A stretch of 64,000 nt of DNA from Chiloscyllium plagiosum (taxonomy: Eukaryota). Positions 1-12,566 of the stretch are shown here, one piece after another. The position numbers and the translations under genes are program-made. The DNA is taken from positions 12,189,144 to 12,253,143 of the forward strand of contig NC_057750.1 in NCBI RefSeq assembly GCF_004010195.1, read 5' to 3'. Numbering within the stretch: the first letter of the stretch is position 1; each line of letters starts with the position of its first letter. The notes beneath the pieces are model-generated. The model searched no databases. It worked only from the letters and a program-made list of their open reading frames with translations, and was not told the origin of the DNA.

Positions 1-482
1 TCTTTGCTGAACCCTTTCAAGTTTCACAACATCAATAAAAGCCAGCCTTGTCAGTGATGTGCATGCCCTGACAGTGGAAGAGAAAGGACATGATAGCAGA
101 TACCTGGAACAATGTTGGCATGCTTTTAAACCTCCTGGGATGTTGTTTACTTTAGTTAATGAGGTTGCTATGAAAAAGCAGGATTAATATTGTGGAAAGG
201 TTCAGCACAGAAGGACACCAGTCACTGATTATGTCTGTGTCAGATTAATGTTGTCGCCATCAGGGATTCTGAGAGACCTACTGCTGACAGACACTTGGAT
301 CTGAGTGGGAGTGTACAACAGACTCTTCCTCTACTGTATGTTGTTTGCTAATATTTGATAGAGTCATTGCTATCATAACAAGAGTCAGAGGAGAATTAAT
401 ATTGTTCAAATTGCATTGTTTCATTCTACATTATTACTTTCCTTTCATTATTCTCCAGGTCTGCCAATCTGTTGTCCCAATT

Positions 483-560
483 ATAGAACGTAGAACATTA
501 CAGTGCAGTACAGGCCCTTTGGCCCTCGATGTTGTGCTGACCTATGAACCCAATATGAAG
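483..560 (-). mobile_element. CR1/HER1-type LINE 3' end fragment
   Basis: atagaacgtagaacattacagtgcagtacaggccctttggccctcgatgttgtgc is the same 3' terminus as the CR1 copy at 56919-57341. Confidence 0.7.
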
Positions 561-899
561 CCAAATAAATTATGTATTTATTTTCAAATGCAAATCTCCA
601 AAGCCATTAATGAGCTCCTAATTTACTGAGTTTAAGATTACTGGTCCTACACTTGATCTGTAGAAGGGACACTCCTCACCAGGGCGTGGGAGAGGTGCTA
701 ATCACTGGGGCATCTCCTCGAAGAGGGGAGATGGGCATACAAATTTGTCCTGAGAATGCCCAAGAAAATTCAGTCACAGGGTGTGGTGAGTAAAGTGGAC
801 AGAATGTCTCAGGAAACGCTCTGTCAACATTAGGCCGTTTCTCTTTTGCACTTCCTGCTGATGGGCTCATTGCTGAACCCGTCAATAGCAACAAGTTAA

Positions 900-1590
900 T
901 ACAGAGTGAGGGGTTGCAGAGCCTGAGAAGTGTGCGTTGGTAGGACAGGGGCTTGGAGGATAGTGACAGAAGGAAAGGGTACAGGGTTTGGGGGAAAGAA
1001 AGGGGCAGAGTTTAGGCTTCAGGAAGTTAGACTGGGGGGGCTGCAGGGGTCAGGGCAAATCAAATAGGAGGAGGAGACTGCAGGGGGTGAATGTGTGCAG
1101 GTTGCGGGTTCCTGGGGAGAGAGGAAAGAGGCTGCAGGAGTCTGGGAGGAGGAAGGAGAGAGAGAGAGAGAGAGAAACAGACAGACAAACAAAGAAAATG
1201 TGGTGGTTGGGAAGAAGGAAGTGGGGCTGAAGGTGTTCAGGGAAAGAGAGGGAGGAACTGGCTGTGGGGGAGGTTGCAAAGGTTCAGGGGAAAACAGGAA
1301 GTGAGGCTTCAGGGATTGACGGGGGTGATTGCAGCGGTTTTGGGAGAAAGGGATGGGAAGACTGTTAGTCAAGGGAGAGAGAGTGAGGGGAGGCTGTAGG
1401 GGCATGGAGGAGAGGGGGAAAGAGTGAGATAGAGAGGAAACTTCAGGGGTCAGGAGACAGGATGTTGAAGGCAGAAAAAGAGAATGGAAAGCTAGAGTCT
1501 TGGGGAGGCTAAAGGCGATGGGCTGGAGAGGAGGGAGGGTGTCAGTTGGGAATGTGAGCAGAGGGCAGTTAGAAAGGGGAGTGAACAGTT
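900..1590. repeat. Purine-rich (GA/GGA) low-complexity tract including (GA)n at about 1157-1175
   Basis: Strong G/A bias on the + strand; the ORFs here are compositional artefacts. Confidence 0.75.
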
Positions 1591-1849
1591 TTAAACCTGT
1601 CAACAAATGAACACTCATTTAACTAGGAGTCAGGAAAACTTGAATTCACTGAGGTAATAAACTCCTTGTAAAACAAATGTAGAATCTCTAGTTTAAGGGT
1701 GCAGCAGCCTAGGTGGCAAGTCTGGCAAATTCTATTGTTTGACTCTCCAGAAGTGCAAAAGGGGTCTGGAATGCGGTCCAGTAGTAAAGGTTAGTTCCAT
1801 GGTATCCTGGGTTGTTCAAAACACATTTGGTGTGGGCCATTTTGAGTCA

Positions 1850-2160
1850 ACAGTTATGTACTGGTAAAGTGACTGGACTAGCAATCTAGAAGTCCAGGCT
1901 AATGCTGATACAAAATGGATTCAAATTCCATCATGGTTGTTGGTGGAATTTACTCCAAACAACAAAACCTGGAATTGAAAGGTAGTCTCAGTGATAGTGA
2001 TGTTGATAACCATCATCAATTGATGTAAAACCTTCTGGTTCACTATCATCTTTCAGGAAAGGAAATCTGCATCCTTACCTTGTCTGTCCTTCTTAACTCC
2101 CTTCTAAAAATGCCTAGCAACACATTCAGTTCAATAGCAATTAGGAATGTGCAATAAAAT
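1850..2160 (+). mobile_element. tRNA-headed SINE-like element (short derivative of the 46.5-49.7 kb LINE)
   Basis: B-box-like ggattcaaattcc near 1918; body ggaaatctgc..ccttacct; tail gcaattaggaatgtgcaataaa. Confidence 0.75.
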
Positions 2161-2767
2161 CCTTTGACAAAAAAAAGTCTCACCGTGATAATTCCTCAGT
2201 ACTCCGGAACTCAATTCCTCTACCAATAAAAGCCAGTACGCCATATGCCTTCTTCACCGCACTATTTACTAATCTGACAGATTATCCTTTCAATGCTGTT
2301 TCCATTATCATTGAAAGGATCAATATAATACCAAATTCCCATCTAGGTCTCACAACTTTAGGTGTAGAAAGAGGCTTCACTCAGTGTTGCAGTAAGAGGA
2401 AGCAGGACTGATAAGTAGGCCAAAAGAGAAAAGTAATGGAGTATTTTGAAAGACCGTTTGAAGAATGGATTGAAAACGATCCAGAAACTGAGTGAAAGTT
2501 GAACTGCATCAGAGGGAGGAACATATTCATCAAGTGAGATAAACATCACAGACTGGAAACAAATCCTGCAACATATCACTTCTGAGATGAACAGGAGTTA
2601 TACGGTCAAAGTAAATCTGGGGCAACTTGAAGGTCCACCAGGAATGTACCTTTGGATAATTAGGTGCTGCTTTCAATCCTGTCTATATAGGAAACATTGA
2701 ATGCTGAAGCTGAACCGTAGGAGGACAGGTCCCCTAGGGAGAGAGAAGTATGAGAAACAGTTAGAGA

Positions 2768-3050
2768 GATTTGCATTTATAGAACACTTTTCATGGTCAT
2801 TGGATGTCTTGAGTGGACTTTACGGATATTGAAGTCATTTTTGAAATGTAGTCACTCTTGTAATGTGGGAATCACAGCCAAGTCCTACACACAGCAGTGT
2901 AAACGTGACCATGTAATCCGTTTTTGTGATGTCGGTTGACAGATACGTATTGTCCATGAAACCAAGGAGAACTCTCCTGCTCTTCTTCAAAAGAGTGCAC
3001 ATGAGTTTTTTTACAACTGGAAAGTAGATAACGGGTTTTCAGTTTAATTA
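2768..3050 (-). mobile_element. DeuSINE (SacSINE1-like) fragment
   Basis: ttgcatttatagaacactttt L2-type tail and ggagaactctcctgctcttcttcaa Deu-domain-like sequence in reverse. Confidence 0.6.
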
Positions 3051-3649
3051 AATGACAGAGGAAATGATAGCGGAGTAGGGGACATGGGGGTGATGGCAGG
3101 GAGGGAATTTAAAGTGAGGGGAACTGGTGGTTAGTGATGGATGGGACATAACCTTGTTCCTGTGCACCTCCTGATGGCAGGTATTGATGACAGTCAGTGA
3201 TTGATTGCAGGTCCATATCCTTGCTGGCCAGTTATGTTGTAAGACATGAGCAGAATTTGGAAGCTTTTGTACACTTTGAAGTCAGCATGTCTTGTTTCCT
3301 GTACTCAGCTGCTGGGCATGGCTAAGACTCTAAGAGTGGAATAGTGAGTGCTTAAACTGACTGTGCTGTCCTCTCACCCTAGATGCCCATTGCTTACTGA
3401 GGGCGCCAGCTGATTTTGTGCTTCAAGCTGGGCTGCAGTCTGATGGAAGGCATGCGTGAAATATCTGAGTGATGGACAAGTGATCTCCCTATTAGAGGTT
3501 AAACCATTGAACTAAGGGAAAGGCCCCAGAATTATTTTTCTCTCTGTTTTACAAGCAGACAAATAGCAGAGGTAATGTAAGTTGAATTTGATCCTTTCCC
3601 CTCAGTTACTAAAATAATCTGCTCTAGTCAATACATGTGATGGAAGGAG

Positions 3650-4034
3650 ACACGTTCTCAAATCCTGGGGACCCTCCAACCAAATGGAATCAATGTGGAT
3701 TTCACCAGTTTCCCAATTTCCCCTCCCCGCACCTAATCCCAATCCCAATCTTCCAGCTCAGTAACACCCTCTTAAACGATCCACCATCCTCTCCGACCTA
3801 TCACTTTCACCCCCACCTTCATCTACCTATTGCATTCCCAGGTACCTTCCCCCTAGCCCCACCCCATCCCATTTATCTCTCAGCCCCCTTGGCCCACAAG
3901 CCTCATTCCTGATGAAAGGCTTATGCCTGAAATGTCGATTCTCCTGCTCCTTGGATGCTGCTTGACCAGCTGTGCTTTGCCAGCACCATACTCTTCGACT
4001 CTGATCTCCAGCATCTGCAATCCTCACTTTCTCC
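3650..4034 (+). mobile_element. Penelope-like element 3' end (end of GIY-YIG ORF plus pLTR)
   Basis: ctggggaccctccaaccaaatggaatcaatgtggatttcaccagt encodes LGTLQPNGINVDFTS, the C-terminus of the PLE ORF; it is followed by the repeated pLTR tail ending cctcactttctcc. Confidence 0.8.
3905..3941 (+). ncRNA. Minimal type I hammerhead ribozyme motif in the PLE pLTR
   Basis: CTGATGA (3909-3915), A, AGGC-ttat-GCCT stem II, GAAA (3929-3932), TGTC. Confidence 0.6.
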
Positions 4035-4745
4035 CCTGCTAATGAACGCCAACACACCATACACCTTCTTAACAACCCTATCAATTTGGGTGGCAACTTT
4101 GAGGGATCTATGGATGTGGACCCCAAGATCCTCTGTTCCTCCACTCTGCCTTTAACCCTGTAATCTGCATTCAAATTCGACCTTCCAAAATGAATCACTT
4201 CACACTTTTCCAGGTTGAACTCCACCTGCCATTTATCAACCCAGTTCTGCATCCTGTCAATGTCCCGTTGCAACCTGCAACAGCCCTCCACTCTATCCGC
4301 AACTCCACCAATCTTTGTGTCCTCGGAAAATTTACTAACCCGCTCTTCCACTTCCTCATCCAAGTAATTTATAAAAATTACAAAGAGCAGAGGTCCCAGA
4401 ACAGATCCTTGCGGAACACCACTGATCACCGAGCACCAGGCTGAATACTTTCCATCTACTACCACCCTCTGCATTTTATGCGCCAGACTGACAGCCAAAT
4501 TTCCCTGTATCCCATGCCTCCTTACTTTCTGAATGAGCTTACAATGGGGAACCTTATCAAACACCTTGCTAAAATCCATGTACACCACATCTACTGCTCT
4601 ACCTTCATCAATGTGTTTTGTCACATCCTCAGAGAATTCAACAAGGCTTGTGAGGCACGACCTGCCCCTCATAAAGCCACGCTGACTATCTCTCATCAAT
4701 ACCTTTCCAAATAATCATGAATCCTGTCTATCAGAATCCCCTCTT
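4035..4745 (-). mobile_element. CR1 LINE ORF2 reverse transcriptase fragment
   Basis: ORF 3827..4699: QRGFMRGRSCLTSL, DVVYMDFSKVFDKVPH, SGVPQGSVLGPLLFVIFIN. Confidence 0.95.
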
Positions 4746-5240
4746 AACTTGAAAGAGTTCAGAAAACATTTACAAGGATATTTCCAGGGTTGGAGGGTTT
4801 GAACCATCAGGAGAAGGTGAAAAGACTGGGGCTTTTTCCCCCGAAGCAATGGAGGCTGAGGGGTGACCCTTATAGACATTTATAAAATAATGAGGGGCAT
4901 GGATAGGATGTATAGCCAAGGTCTTTTCCCTGTGGTAGGGAGTCCAAACCTAGAGGGCATTGATTTAAGGTGAAAGGGGAAAGAATTAAAAGGGACCTGA
5001 GATGCAACTTTTTCATGCAGAGGATGGAGCATTTATGAAATGAGCTGCCAGAGGAAGTGGTGGAGGCTGGTACAATTACAACATTTAAAAGGTATCTGGA
5101 TGGGTATATGAATAGGAAGGGTTTAGAGGGATATGGGCCAGGTGCTGGCAAATGGGACTAGATTAAGTTTAGGATATCTGGTCAGCATAGACGAGTTGGA
5201 CCGAAGGGTCTGTTTCCATGCTGTATGACTCTATGACTCT
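4746..5240 (+). mobile_element. CR1/HER1 LINE 3' end with (CTATGACT)n tail
   Basis: LERVQKTFTRIFPG-like coding remnant; 3' terminus gggtctgtttccatgctgtatgactctatgactct. Confidence 0.9.
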
Positions 5241-5459
5241 GTGGCCCTAGAAGTAGTGGACACATTGATCGCAGGACAGATTAAAAGCAGATTCACTGGT
5301 CTTTTGTCATTGCTGTTTTGAAATCTTAATGTCAACTGACTTTATGTTTTCCAACACTAACAGCAACAACACAGCAAAATTAGTTTGACACACACTTCAA
5401 ATAAATCAGTCTGTCTGGTCACGAGAGCATCACAGCCAAACATCAGTATGTTCAGATGT

Positions 5460-5785
5460 CATTGTTGCTGACCCAGTTTCTCTTCCTAGCCACAGTATTT
5501 GGTGATGTTATAAATTGCTCTGCGTCTTCAGATACTGACCACTTTTTCAGTTGACTGTCAGCAGCCCTCTCCTCAAAAAAAACCCTGACTCTATCAAACT
5601 TCCAAACTACTGCTCCCAACCATACTTCTGTCTCTAAAGTACTTTAATATGTCTCTCAAATCTGTGCCCATCTTTTCCAGAATTTGATTTTTAATCCCTT
5701 CAGTCACATTTCCACTTCTTCTGTGTTACTGAAATGGCTCTTATCAAAATAGCAATTGACATCCCTTGTGATTCCTGACTATGAC
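5460..5785 (+). mobile_element. L2-clade LINE RT fragment (old)
   Basis: Degenerate PLLKK.., SKVL and TEMALIKIAIDIPCD (actgaaatggctcttatcaaaatagcaattgacatcccttgtgat), resembling L2 TETALIKVTNDI. Confidence 0.6.
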
Positions 5786-5819
5786 CAAGTTTTCCTGATG
5801 TCCTGTCTAGATTTATTCT

Positions 5820-5920
5820 TTTGGATGTTGGTTTGCTCGCTGAGCTGGAAGGTTTGTTTTCAGACATTTTGTCACCATACTAGGTAATGTCATCAGTGAG
5901 CCTCTGAATGAAGCACTGAA
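5820..5920 (-). mobile_element. Penelope-like pLTR fragment (family of 54266-54628)
   Basis: ggtttgctcgctgagctggaaggtt...gtcaccatactaggtaatgtcatcagtg matches 54300-54375. Confidence 0.75.
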
Positions 5921-6814
5921 GGTATAATTTATTCTTTATTCACCATCTTGAAAACTGATATCAGGCCTTTTCACATTGCTGTTTGTGGGAGCTGAGCACC
6001 CATCTGTTGTCAAATTCCCTGTATTACAACAGCGACTATATTTCAGGAAGTATTTTATTGCCTCTGAGTGTTTTGGGCCATTGAGGCTGGGTAAGAAAGA
6101 GGGGAAATAAAAACAACATTGCATTACTTACTGAGTTTCTAAAAGCTCACACCAGATTTATTGCACAGTTGGCATGAATTCAGTAAAATCATTACTGTAT
6201 CCTAGGGTCATGGGGTCCCGTTCCGATTTATATCCCTACCCTAATACACATCCATCCCACTTTAGTGATAATCCAGTAAGTGATTTATCTTGAACACAAT
6301 CATGGTTCTGATAGGATTGACAAAGAGACTCCTGTGTCATCCATTTCATCAACACACTTAAAAACAAAATTGCCGTCAAAATCTGCACTCTGAATCCAAC
6401 TAGTCTATCATCAGTAACATATACAGTGTGACATCAGGAATCAATAGGCACGCTATCAGCTATTGGACTAGCAGGAGAATCTTCCGGGAGAGCTTGAAAA
6501 AGCATTTCTCAATGTGACTTGGAAAGGGAACAGAAAATAAGTGATATTGACAGCTGCTGAATATTCCATTAAATTTGAGTTGAGATATGTAATTCCATGG
6601 AATCAAAATGGAATTTACAGCTCAGAAACAGAACAGAGTTTACAGTTCAGAGGTTTATGCTGATGTTTGTGCTCTGCATTAACCTTCACCCAGCCCATTT
6701 CAACTCGTGATCTGTATTACCTCCTATTCTTTTCTCCCTCATGTAAGTAGCTTTCCTTTGAAGATGTCTATCTATGCTTCACCATGACCACTTCATGTCT
6801 CACCATGTTATTAT

Positions 6815-7220
6815 CAGCTGTGGCTCAGTGAAGTAGAACCCCTATAATTGAGTCTATTGAGTTTGGAGTTACACCAAAAAAAAGGATTAAAACTGGCACT
6901 GCAGCGCGGTACTGAGGGAGTGCAGCTCTGTCAGAAACACGGCTTTTAGGAGATGGTAGTCTGGGGCCTCATACTTGCTTAGGTGAATGTAAATTACTTA
7001 GTGGTACTATTTTGGAGAAGAACAGTAGTTCTCCCTGGTTAATATTTACCCCTCAATCGATGCCATAAAAAAGAAGTTGCTACATATAAGTTTGCTCTGT
7101 GTAACTTAGCTGCTGCGTTTTCTACAACAGTACAACTGCACTTCAAAAATACTTCATTGACTGTAAAATGCTCTGAGACATTCAGTGGTCATGAAAGTGT
7201 TTTGTTAAAATGCAGAACTT
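6815..7220 (+). mobile_element. DeuSINE (SacSINE1-like), near full length
   Basis: tRNA-like head tggctcagtg, Deu-domain-like gtactgagggagtgcagc..ttggagaagaacagtagttctccctgg, and L2-like tail ttgactgtaaaatgctctgagac. Confidence 0.65.
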
Positions 7221-7574
7221 TGATTCAGTTCACACAATCATCTTCACATTGCAATATTGAGGGGAGGGATAGAGTTGTCGTAATATCACTGGATCAGTCT
7301 TAATAATGATTGTGAAAACAACAATTCAGAGAAGGAAATCTGCCATCCTCATCTGGCCTGGTCTACATGTAATTCTAGACCCACAGCACTGTGATTGATT
7401 CTAATTTCCCTCAAAAGGCAATTAGGGATGGTCAAAAAATGCAGGCATTGCAACAACACCTACATCCAATAATAGAATAAAGAAAAGGATACTTTTGCAT
7501 TACTGCCTGAGGAGATTTCACTTTGTGCCTATATCCCTGTGACAGAGCGCCCACTGTCAAGTTTAGCCCCTTTA

Positions 7575-7676
7575 AAACAAAAACAGAAAATCCTGGAAAA
7601 ACTCAGCTGGTCAGGCAGCATCTGTGGAGAGAAAGCAGAGTTAATGTTTCAGGTCCAGTGATCCTTCTTCAGAACA
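7575..7676 (-). mobile_element. Penelope-like pLTR with hammerhead-like core
   Basis: Minus strand reads gttCTGAAGAAggatcactggacctGAAAcattaact (7643-7672); the family recurs at 14.1, 22.9, 24.9, 53.2 and 60.7 kb. Confidence 0.7.
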
Positions 7677-8010
7677 CATTTGGGTGAGAGAGTGACACAG
7701 CATTACTTGAAAAGACTGAGGGATGTGAGTGGTGCATGTGGAAGGAAATAGGGGAGTGAGGATAGTCATATTGTTCAGTCCCATTTGCAGTTCATCTGAT
7801 ACAAAAACAGTCTGTATCCATATGCTGCAAGATCAGGACAGCATTCAGGCTTGACCTGACAAGTGACAAACAACATTTGTGTCTTACAAGAGCCAGGCAG
7901 TGACCATTTCAAAACCAGAGAAAAAGAATCTTGACATTCAATTGCACTCCCATCATTGAATTCTTGACTGTCAAAGCCTTGACAAACCCACCATTATCTA
8001 GAAACAGAAC

Positions 8011-8209
8011 TGGCACAGTGGCCCAGTGGTTAGCACTGCTGCCTCACAGCGCCAGGGTCCCAGGTTCGATTCCAGCCTTGGGTGACTGTCTGTGTGGAGT
8101 TTGCACATTCTTCCCGTGTCTGCATGGGTTTCCTCCGGGTGCTCTGGTTTCCTCCCACATTCCAAAGATGTGCAGGTCAGGTGAATTGGCCATGCTAAAT
8201 TGTCATAGT
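8011..8209 (+). mobile_element. HE1-type V-SINE (3'-truncated)
   Basis: A box tggcccagtgg, B box ggttcgattcc, V-domain tgtgtggagtttgcacattc..gggtttcctccgggtgctc. Confidence 0.9.
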
Positions 8210-8239
8210 TGTTTGGCATCCCTATCTAACACCTTTAAC

Positions 8240-8770
8240 ATTCACTTGCTCTGGTGCTGATGCACAGTGGTAGCAGTGTGTACAATCTATAAGAAACAGT
8301 GTAGCAACTGACAAGGTTCCTTTCACAGCACTTGCCAAACTCCTAATCTCTATCACCTTGAAGGATAAGCTCAGTAGATATGTGGGAATGCTGCTGTCGG
8401 CAAGTTTCACATCCAGCCATGCAACATACCTGATGAAGGGTTTATGCCTGAAACATTGATTCTGCTGCTCCTCGAATGCTGCCTGACCTGCTGTGCTTTT
8501 CCAGTGCCACATTCTCGAATGTGATCTCCGGAATCTGCAGTCCTCACTTTCCCCTAGCATCCTAACTGCAGTCCTCACTTTCCCCTAGCATCCTAACTTG
8601 GGACTATATTGTTGTTCCTTCGCTATTGCGACCCTGCTTCCTAACAGCACTGAGAGTGTCACTACACCATGCAGGTTGCATTTTTTTAAGAAGGAGTTCA
8701 CCACTACATTTTCAAAGGCAACTAGAGATGAGCAATAATTGTTGGCCTTATCAACAATATCTACATGCCA
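8240..8770 (+). mobile_element. Zenon-like LINE 3' fragment interrupted by a PLE pLTR (8429-8590)
   Basis: gcagtgtgtacaatctataag..cagcacttgccaaac matches 46850-46910 (minus). The insert starts at cctgatgaagggtttatgcctgaaacatt and ends in a 31-bp tandem duplication. Confidence 0.75.
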
Positions 8771-8799
8771 TGACTGTGACATACATCTCAACAAAAGGG

Positions 8800-9390
8800 T
8801 TGGGATAGAGTTACTTGATTAGATAACTAGAATGTGACAGCAGTGTGGAGGAGTGAGAAAGACTGACAGAGACAAAGAACGCGATTGAGTTAGGGACATG
8901 AGGAAGATGAAGATAAGGTAGGAGAGAGAGAGACTGAAAAATATTGGGATGGGAAAGGAAATCTTGTGCTGGACAAAGATGAACTGAAGGAGATAGCATT
9001 GAGAGAGAAATGAAAGGTGAGATGGGGACACAATGAAAGATGTGTTTTTTGGGTCATGGGTGGGCAGCTAGGAAAAGGTGAAAAGAATTCCAGACGTGGC
9101 AATAAAAATCCAGAGGGAGCGAGAGAGTAAGGATGCGTAAGGATACATGTGTGAGATAGAGATACAGATGGAGAGAGGCTAACATTGGAGAGGCAGTGAG
9201 GAAGAGAAATAAAGAGTGGGAGGGAAATAAAGAGTAGGAGAGGCACAGAGGAGGATGGAGATATGAGAGGAAAGAGGAGAAGAATTAGATTGGGACTGAG
9301 AGAGAAGCAGAAAGTGAGATAGTGACACAGAATCATAATGGGACATACAGGAGCAACTTACAGGTGAGAAGATGGAGTTGAAACTAGGGT
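8800..9390. repeat. Purine-rich decayed GA low-complexity tract
   Basis: Extended G/A-biased sequence. Confidence 0.7.
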
Positions 9391-9394
9391 TTGT

Positions 9395-9765
9395 TTATTA
9401 TTATTGCCTGGGATGTGGGAACTGCTGGCACGGCCAACATTTGTTGCCCATCCATATCTGCCCTTGAACCGAATGGCTCCATCAGCATTTCGGAGGCAGT
9501 TAGGAGTCAATCACATTTCTGCAAGTCGAGAATCACTTGTAGGCTACGCCAGGTCAGGACGGCAGATTTTTTTCCCTAAAGGGCATTAGTGAACCAGATT
9601 GGGTTGTACAGTAATGAAGAAATGCTGTCAGAATTTAATTTTAGATTCAACTTTGGTTGCAATCATTTGAATTGGTGGGAGTCTAAACCCATGTTCTCAG
9701 CACCTTAGCCTGGGGCCTCTGGACTACTAATCCAGTGATATCCCTGCTACACTATTGCCTCCCCC
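9395..9765 (-). mobile_element. tRNA-headed SINE-like derivative of the Zenon-like LINE
   Basis: Reverse complement of the 1850-2160 family, from tail gggatgtggg to head ctggactactaatccagtgat. Confidence 0.75.
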
Positions 9766-12435
9766 CATATTGCAGGACCTGGAGGAAGGCCGATGGAGAC
9801 TGATTGAAGCAAATCTAAAGGAACAAGAGAGAAGCTCAATGAGTGAGAGACATGGGAAAGAGGGTTTGAAACACTGCAGTTTGTTTCCATAATATATAGT
9901 TGAAAAATTATGGGCTCTCAATTATGCTCTCTACGACACAGTATTTAATGGCTCTTAATTATAAAACTGTTTCTGTTATACTCTACCTGATTGTAACCCC
10001 ATCCTTGCTCTCAGTTGTTCAGTTCTCAGTATTGCTTTCAGTTTTAAACACTCACTGGTATCCTTCCCACATTACCAGTTGCTGACATACAACAGTCTCT
10101 TAGCTAAAGTGCATTTTCACCACTGGGGCTGTCAGTTTTGAAGTTGTAAATGTTCCACAGATCGATGATATAAATTGAGAATAACCTGATTGATTTCATC
10201 TCCTTGGGCAGTATGAAATAGGTTGGCACTGAACTGTGAAGAACATTCGAATTCACGTCTTGGGCTTATTTCTGTGGAATTTTCAAACTAAATTTCCAAG
10301 TCCTTGGGTAGAGTTTTAAAGCATGCTTTATGATGTATTTAGTGGGCCTGGATAGATTTGAAGAGTGGTGATGGTTATATGCACATAACCCTGCGGTATT
10401 TCAGCATTTGGATCAGAAATGATTGTGTTGCTGATATTTCAAGGGATGAATGTTGTCGCGAAGTAATGAAGGAAAATGTCTGTAATGAAAGGGTGAGTTT
10501 GTTTTGCCAGTTTCCTTGTTCTGCCATACACAGATTTTGTATTTTCCTTCTTTGAGCAGTTAACCTGACATGGCTAAACACTACTGCATCAATCAGTCTG
10601 GGCAGGACAGCAAGTCTTTCTGATTCAAAAGCATTTCCACTTCCACTTTTTAAATTAAATACATAGAAGGTTCCAGCCTTCTAATCAGTTCTCCCTAATC
10701 CAGGCCGTCACTCACACCTCCCCCATCTCTCAGCATCACCCTCTCTTTCCAATCATCATTGGATACAAAATGCTAAACCTCTCTACCCAACTCTTTTGGA
10801 GCTTTCTCTGTTCTTTCTATCATTCTTCAAAAGGCACCTTAAATGAATCTGCTTTCCTGAGTCTTCAGTTAGATCTTTTGAACTTGATATCTTTGTGCCT
10901 CAGTTCCAGTCCAGACTCATGCTTAATTTCTACACTTGGTCCTTCTTGTAAGACAAGCCCTACTTTGGATAAAGACACATTGAGACTTCTCTGAGACATT
11001 GTGCTTTTGTCTTGCCCATTTTGAGTTGCCAACAGAATTTGGCTCATTTACGGTGGGGGGTGGAATTGTATGGATGATTCCTGTGACTGGAGTTGCACTC
11101 AATTACCCAGATAGGGGCAGAGCACTAGTCATGTTTACATGTTGGACAGCACACTGAGGGAAAGGCAGGAGTCAATAGAAGGGAGATGGTTCAATTTATT
11201 AAATGATGTTGTTCACAAGATGAGAACTCCTGTCAACTGCCCTCACTTTTTGACCCTCTTCCGCCCACCAGTTTAGTGCTCAGCAAAGTGCTATTAATGC
11301 ACTGAGTGCTAAATTAGCTTGTGGGGGGGCTACAGGATTCTGCATATCATTTGCATGATAGAATTTCAGTACAAGTGTTTATTTGTTCGTATCAAATGCT
11401 GAGCAATTATCATTGTCATTTGTTTTGTTAACAGGCCTAATTAACTCTTAATATCCTGAAATGATATTGGGACCAGGATCTATAGCCACCATTTGGGGTG
11501 AATTCAATGTAAACAGATGTAAAATCTGCTCTCCCCTCTGAGCTGGAACATTGTGATTTCATGTCCTCCTTATAGAATCATGGATTCATTCAGCGCAGAA
11601 AAGGCCCTTCAGCCCATTGAGTTAATACCAACATAACTACCACTAAAGGTGTGCTAATCCCAATTTCCTGCACTTGTCCCATATCCTTAAATGTTATGAT
11701 GTTTGAGGTGCTCTTCCAAACATTTTTTACAGATTGTAAGATTTCCAGCCTCCGCTACCTTCCCTGACAGTACATTCCGGATTCCCACCACCCTCTGAGT
11801 GAAAATGATTTTTTCCCAAATCCTCTCTGAATCTCCTGCTCTTGACCCGAAAACTATGCTGTCTGGTGATTGGCCCCTCCACCAAGGGAACAGGTGGTCT
11901 CTATTCACCCTGTCCATACCCCTCATAATCTTATACACCTCAATCATGTCCCCCCTCAGTGTCCTCTGCTCTAGAGAAAACAGTCCAGGCTTATCTAGTG
12001 TCTCCTTATGAATCAATTTCTCCATCCCAGGCAACATTCTGGTGAACCTCCTTTGTACCCCCTCCAGTGCTATCACATCATCCCTACAGCAAGGTGACCA
12101 GAACTGCACACAGTACTCCAGCTGGGGCCTGACCAATGCTCTGTACAACTCCAACATTACCTCCTTGCTCTTACACTCTATGCCATGACTGATGAAAGCA
12201 AGTGTCTCATATGCCACCTTAACTATCCTGTTCACATGCTCTGCTGACTTCATGGATCTATGAATAATTACCCCAAGATCCCTCTGTTCCTCTCAGCTAC
12301 CCAGTGGTGTGCTATCTGTGCACCCAGTGTCCCATCATTCATTCAATACTCCCTCATCTTGTTTCTTCTTCCAAAGTGCATCACCTTCCACTTATCAGGG
12401 TTAAATACCATCTCGCCACTGGTCTGACCAACCCA

Positions 12436-12472
12436 TTTCCTGATGAAGGGCTTTTGCCTGAAACGTCGATTT
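12436..12472 (+). ncRNA. Minimal type I hammerhead ribozyme motif with intact core
   Basis: CTGATGA (12440-12446), A, GGGC-tttt-GCCT, GAAA (12460-12463), CGTC. Palindromic ACGU helix III and a GUC cleavage triplet. Confidence 0.7.
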
Positions 12473-12566
12473 TTCTGCTCCTCGGATACTACCTGATCTG
12501 CTGTGCTTTTCCAGCACCACTCTAATCTAGACTCTGGTTTCCAGCATCTGCAGTCCTTGTTTTTAC
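12437..12566 (+). mobile_element. Short PLE pLTR insertion with 9-bp TSD
   Basis: ccaacccat at 12428-12436 and 12567-12575 flanks the insert inside the CR1 RT. Confidence 0.85.

Noticed and set aside
676..894. 72-aa minus ORF ending at a donor-like GGTGAG
   Set aside because: No recognisable protein similarity, a weak acceptor and no partner exons, so a CDS call cannot be supported.
1019..1618. 199-aa Pro/Leu/Ser-rich ORF (similarly 8890..9336 and 25893..26387)
   Set aside because: Produced by purine/pyrimidine low-complexity tracts that lack stop codons.
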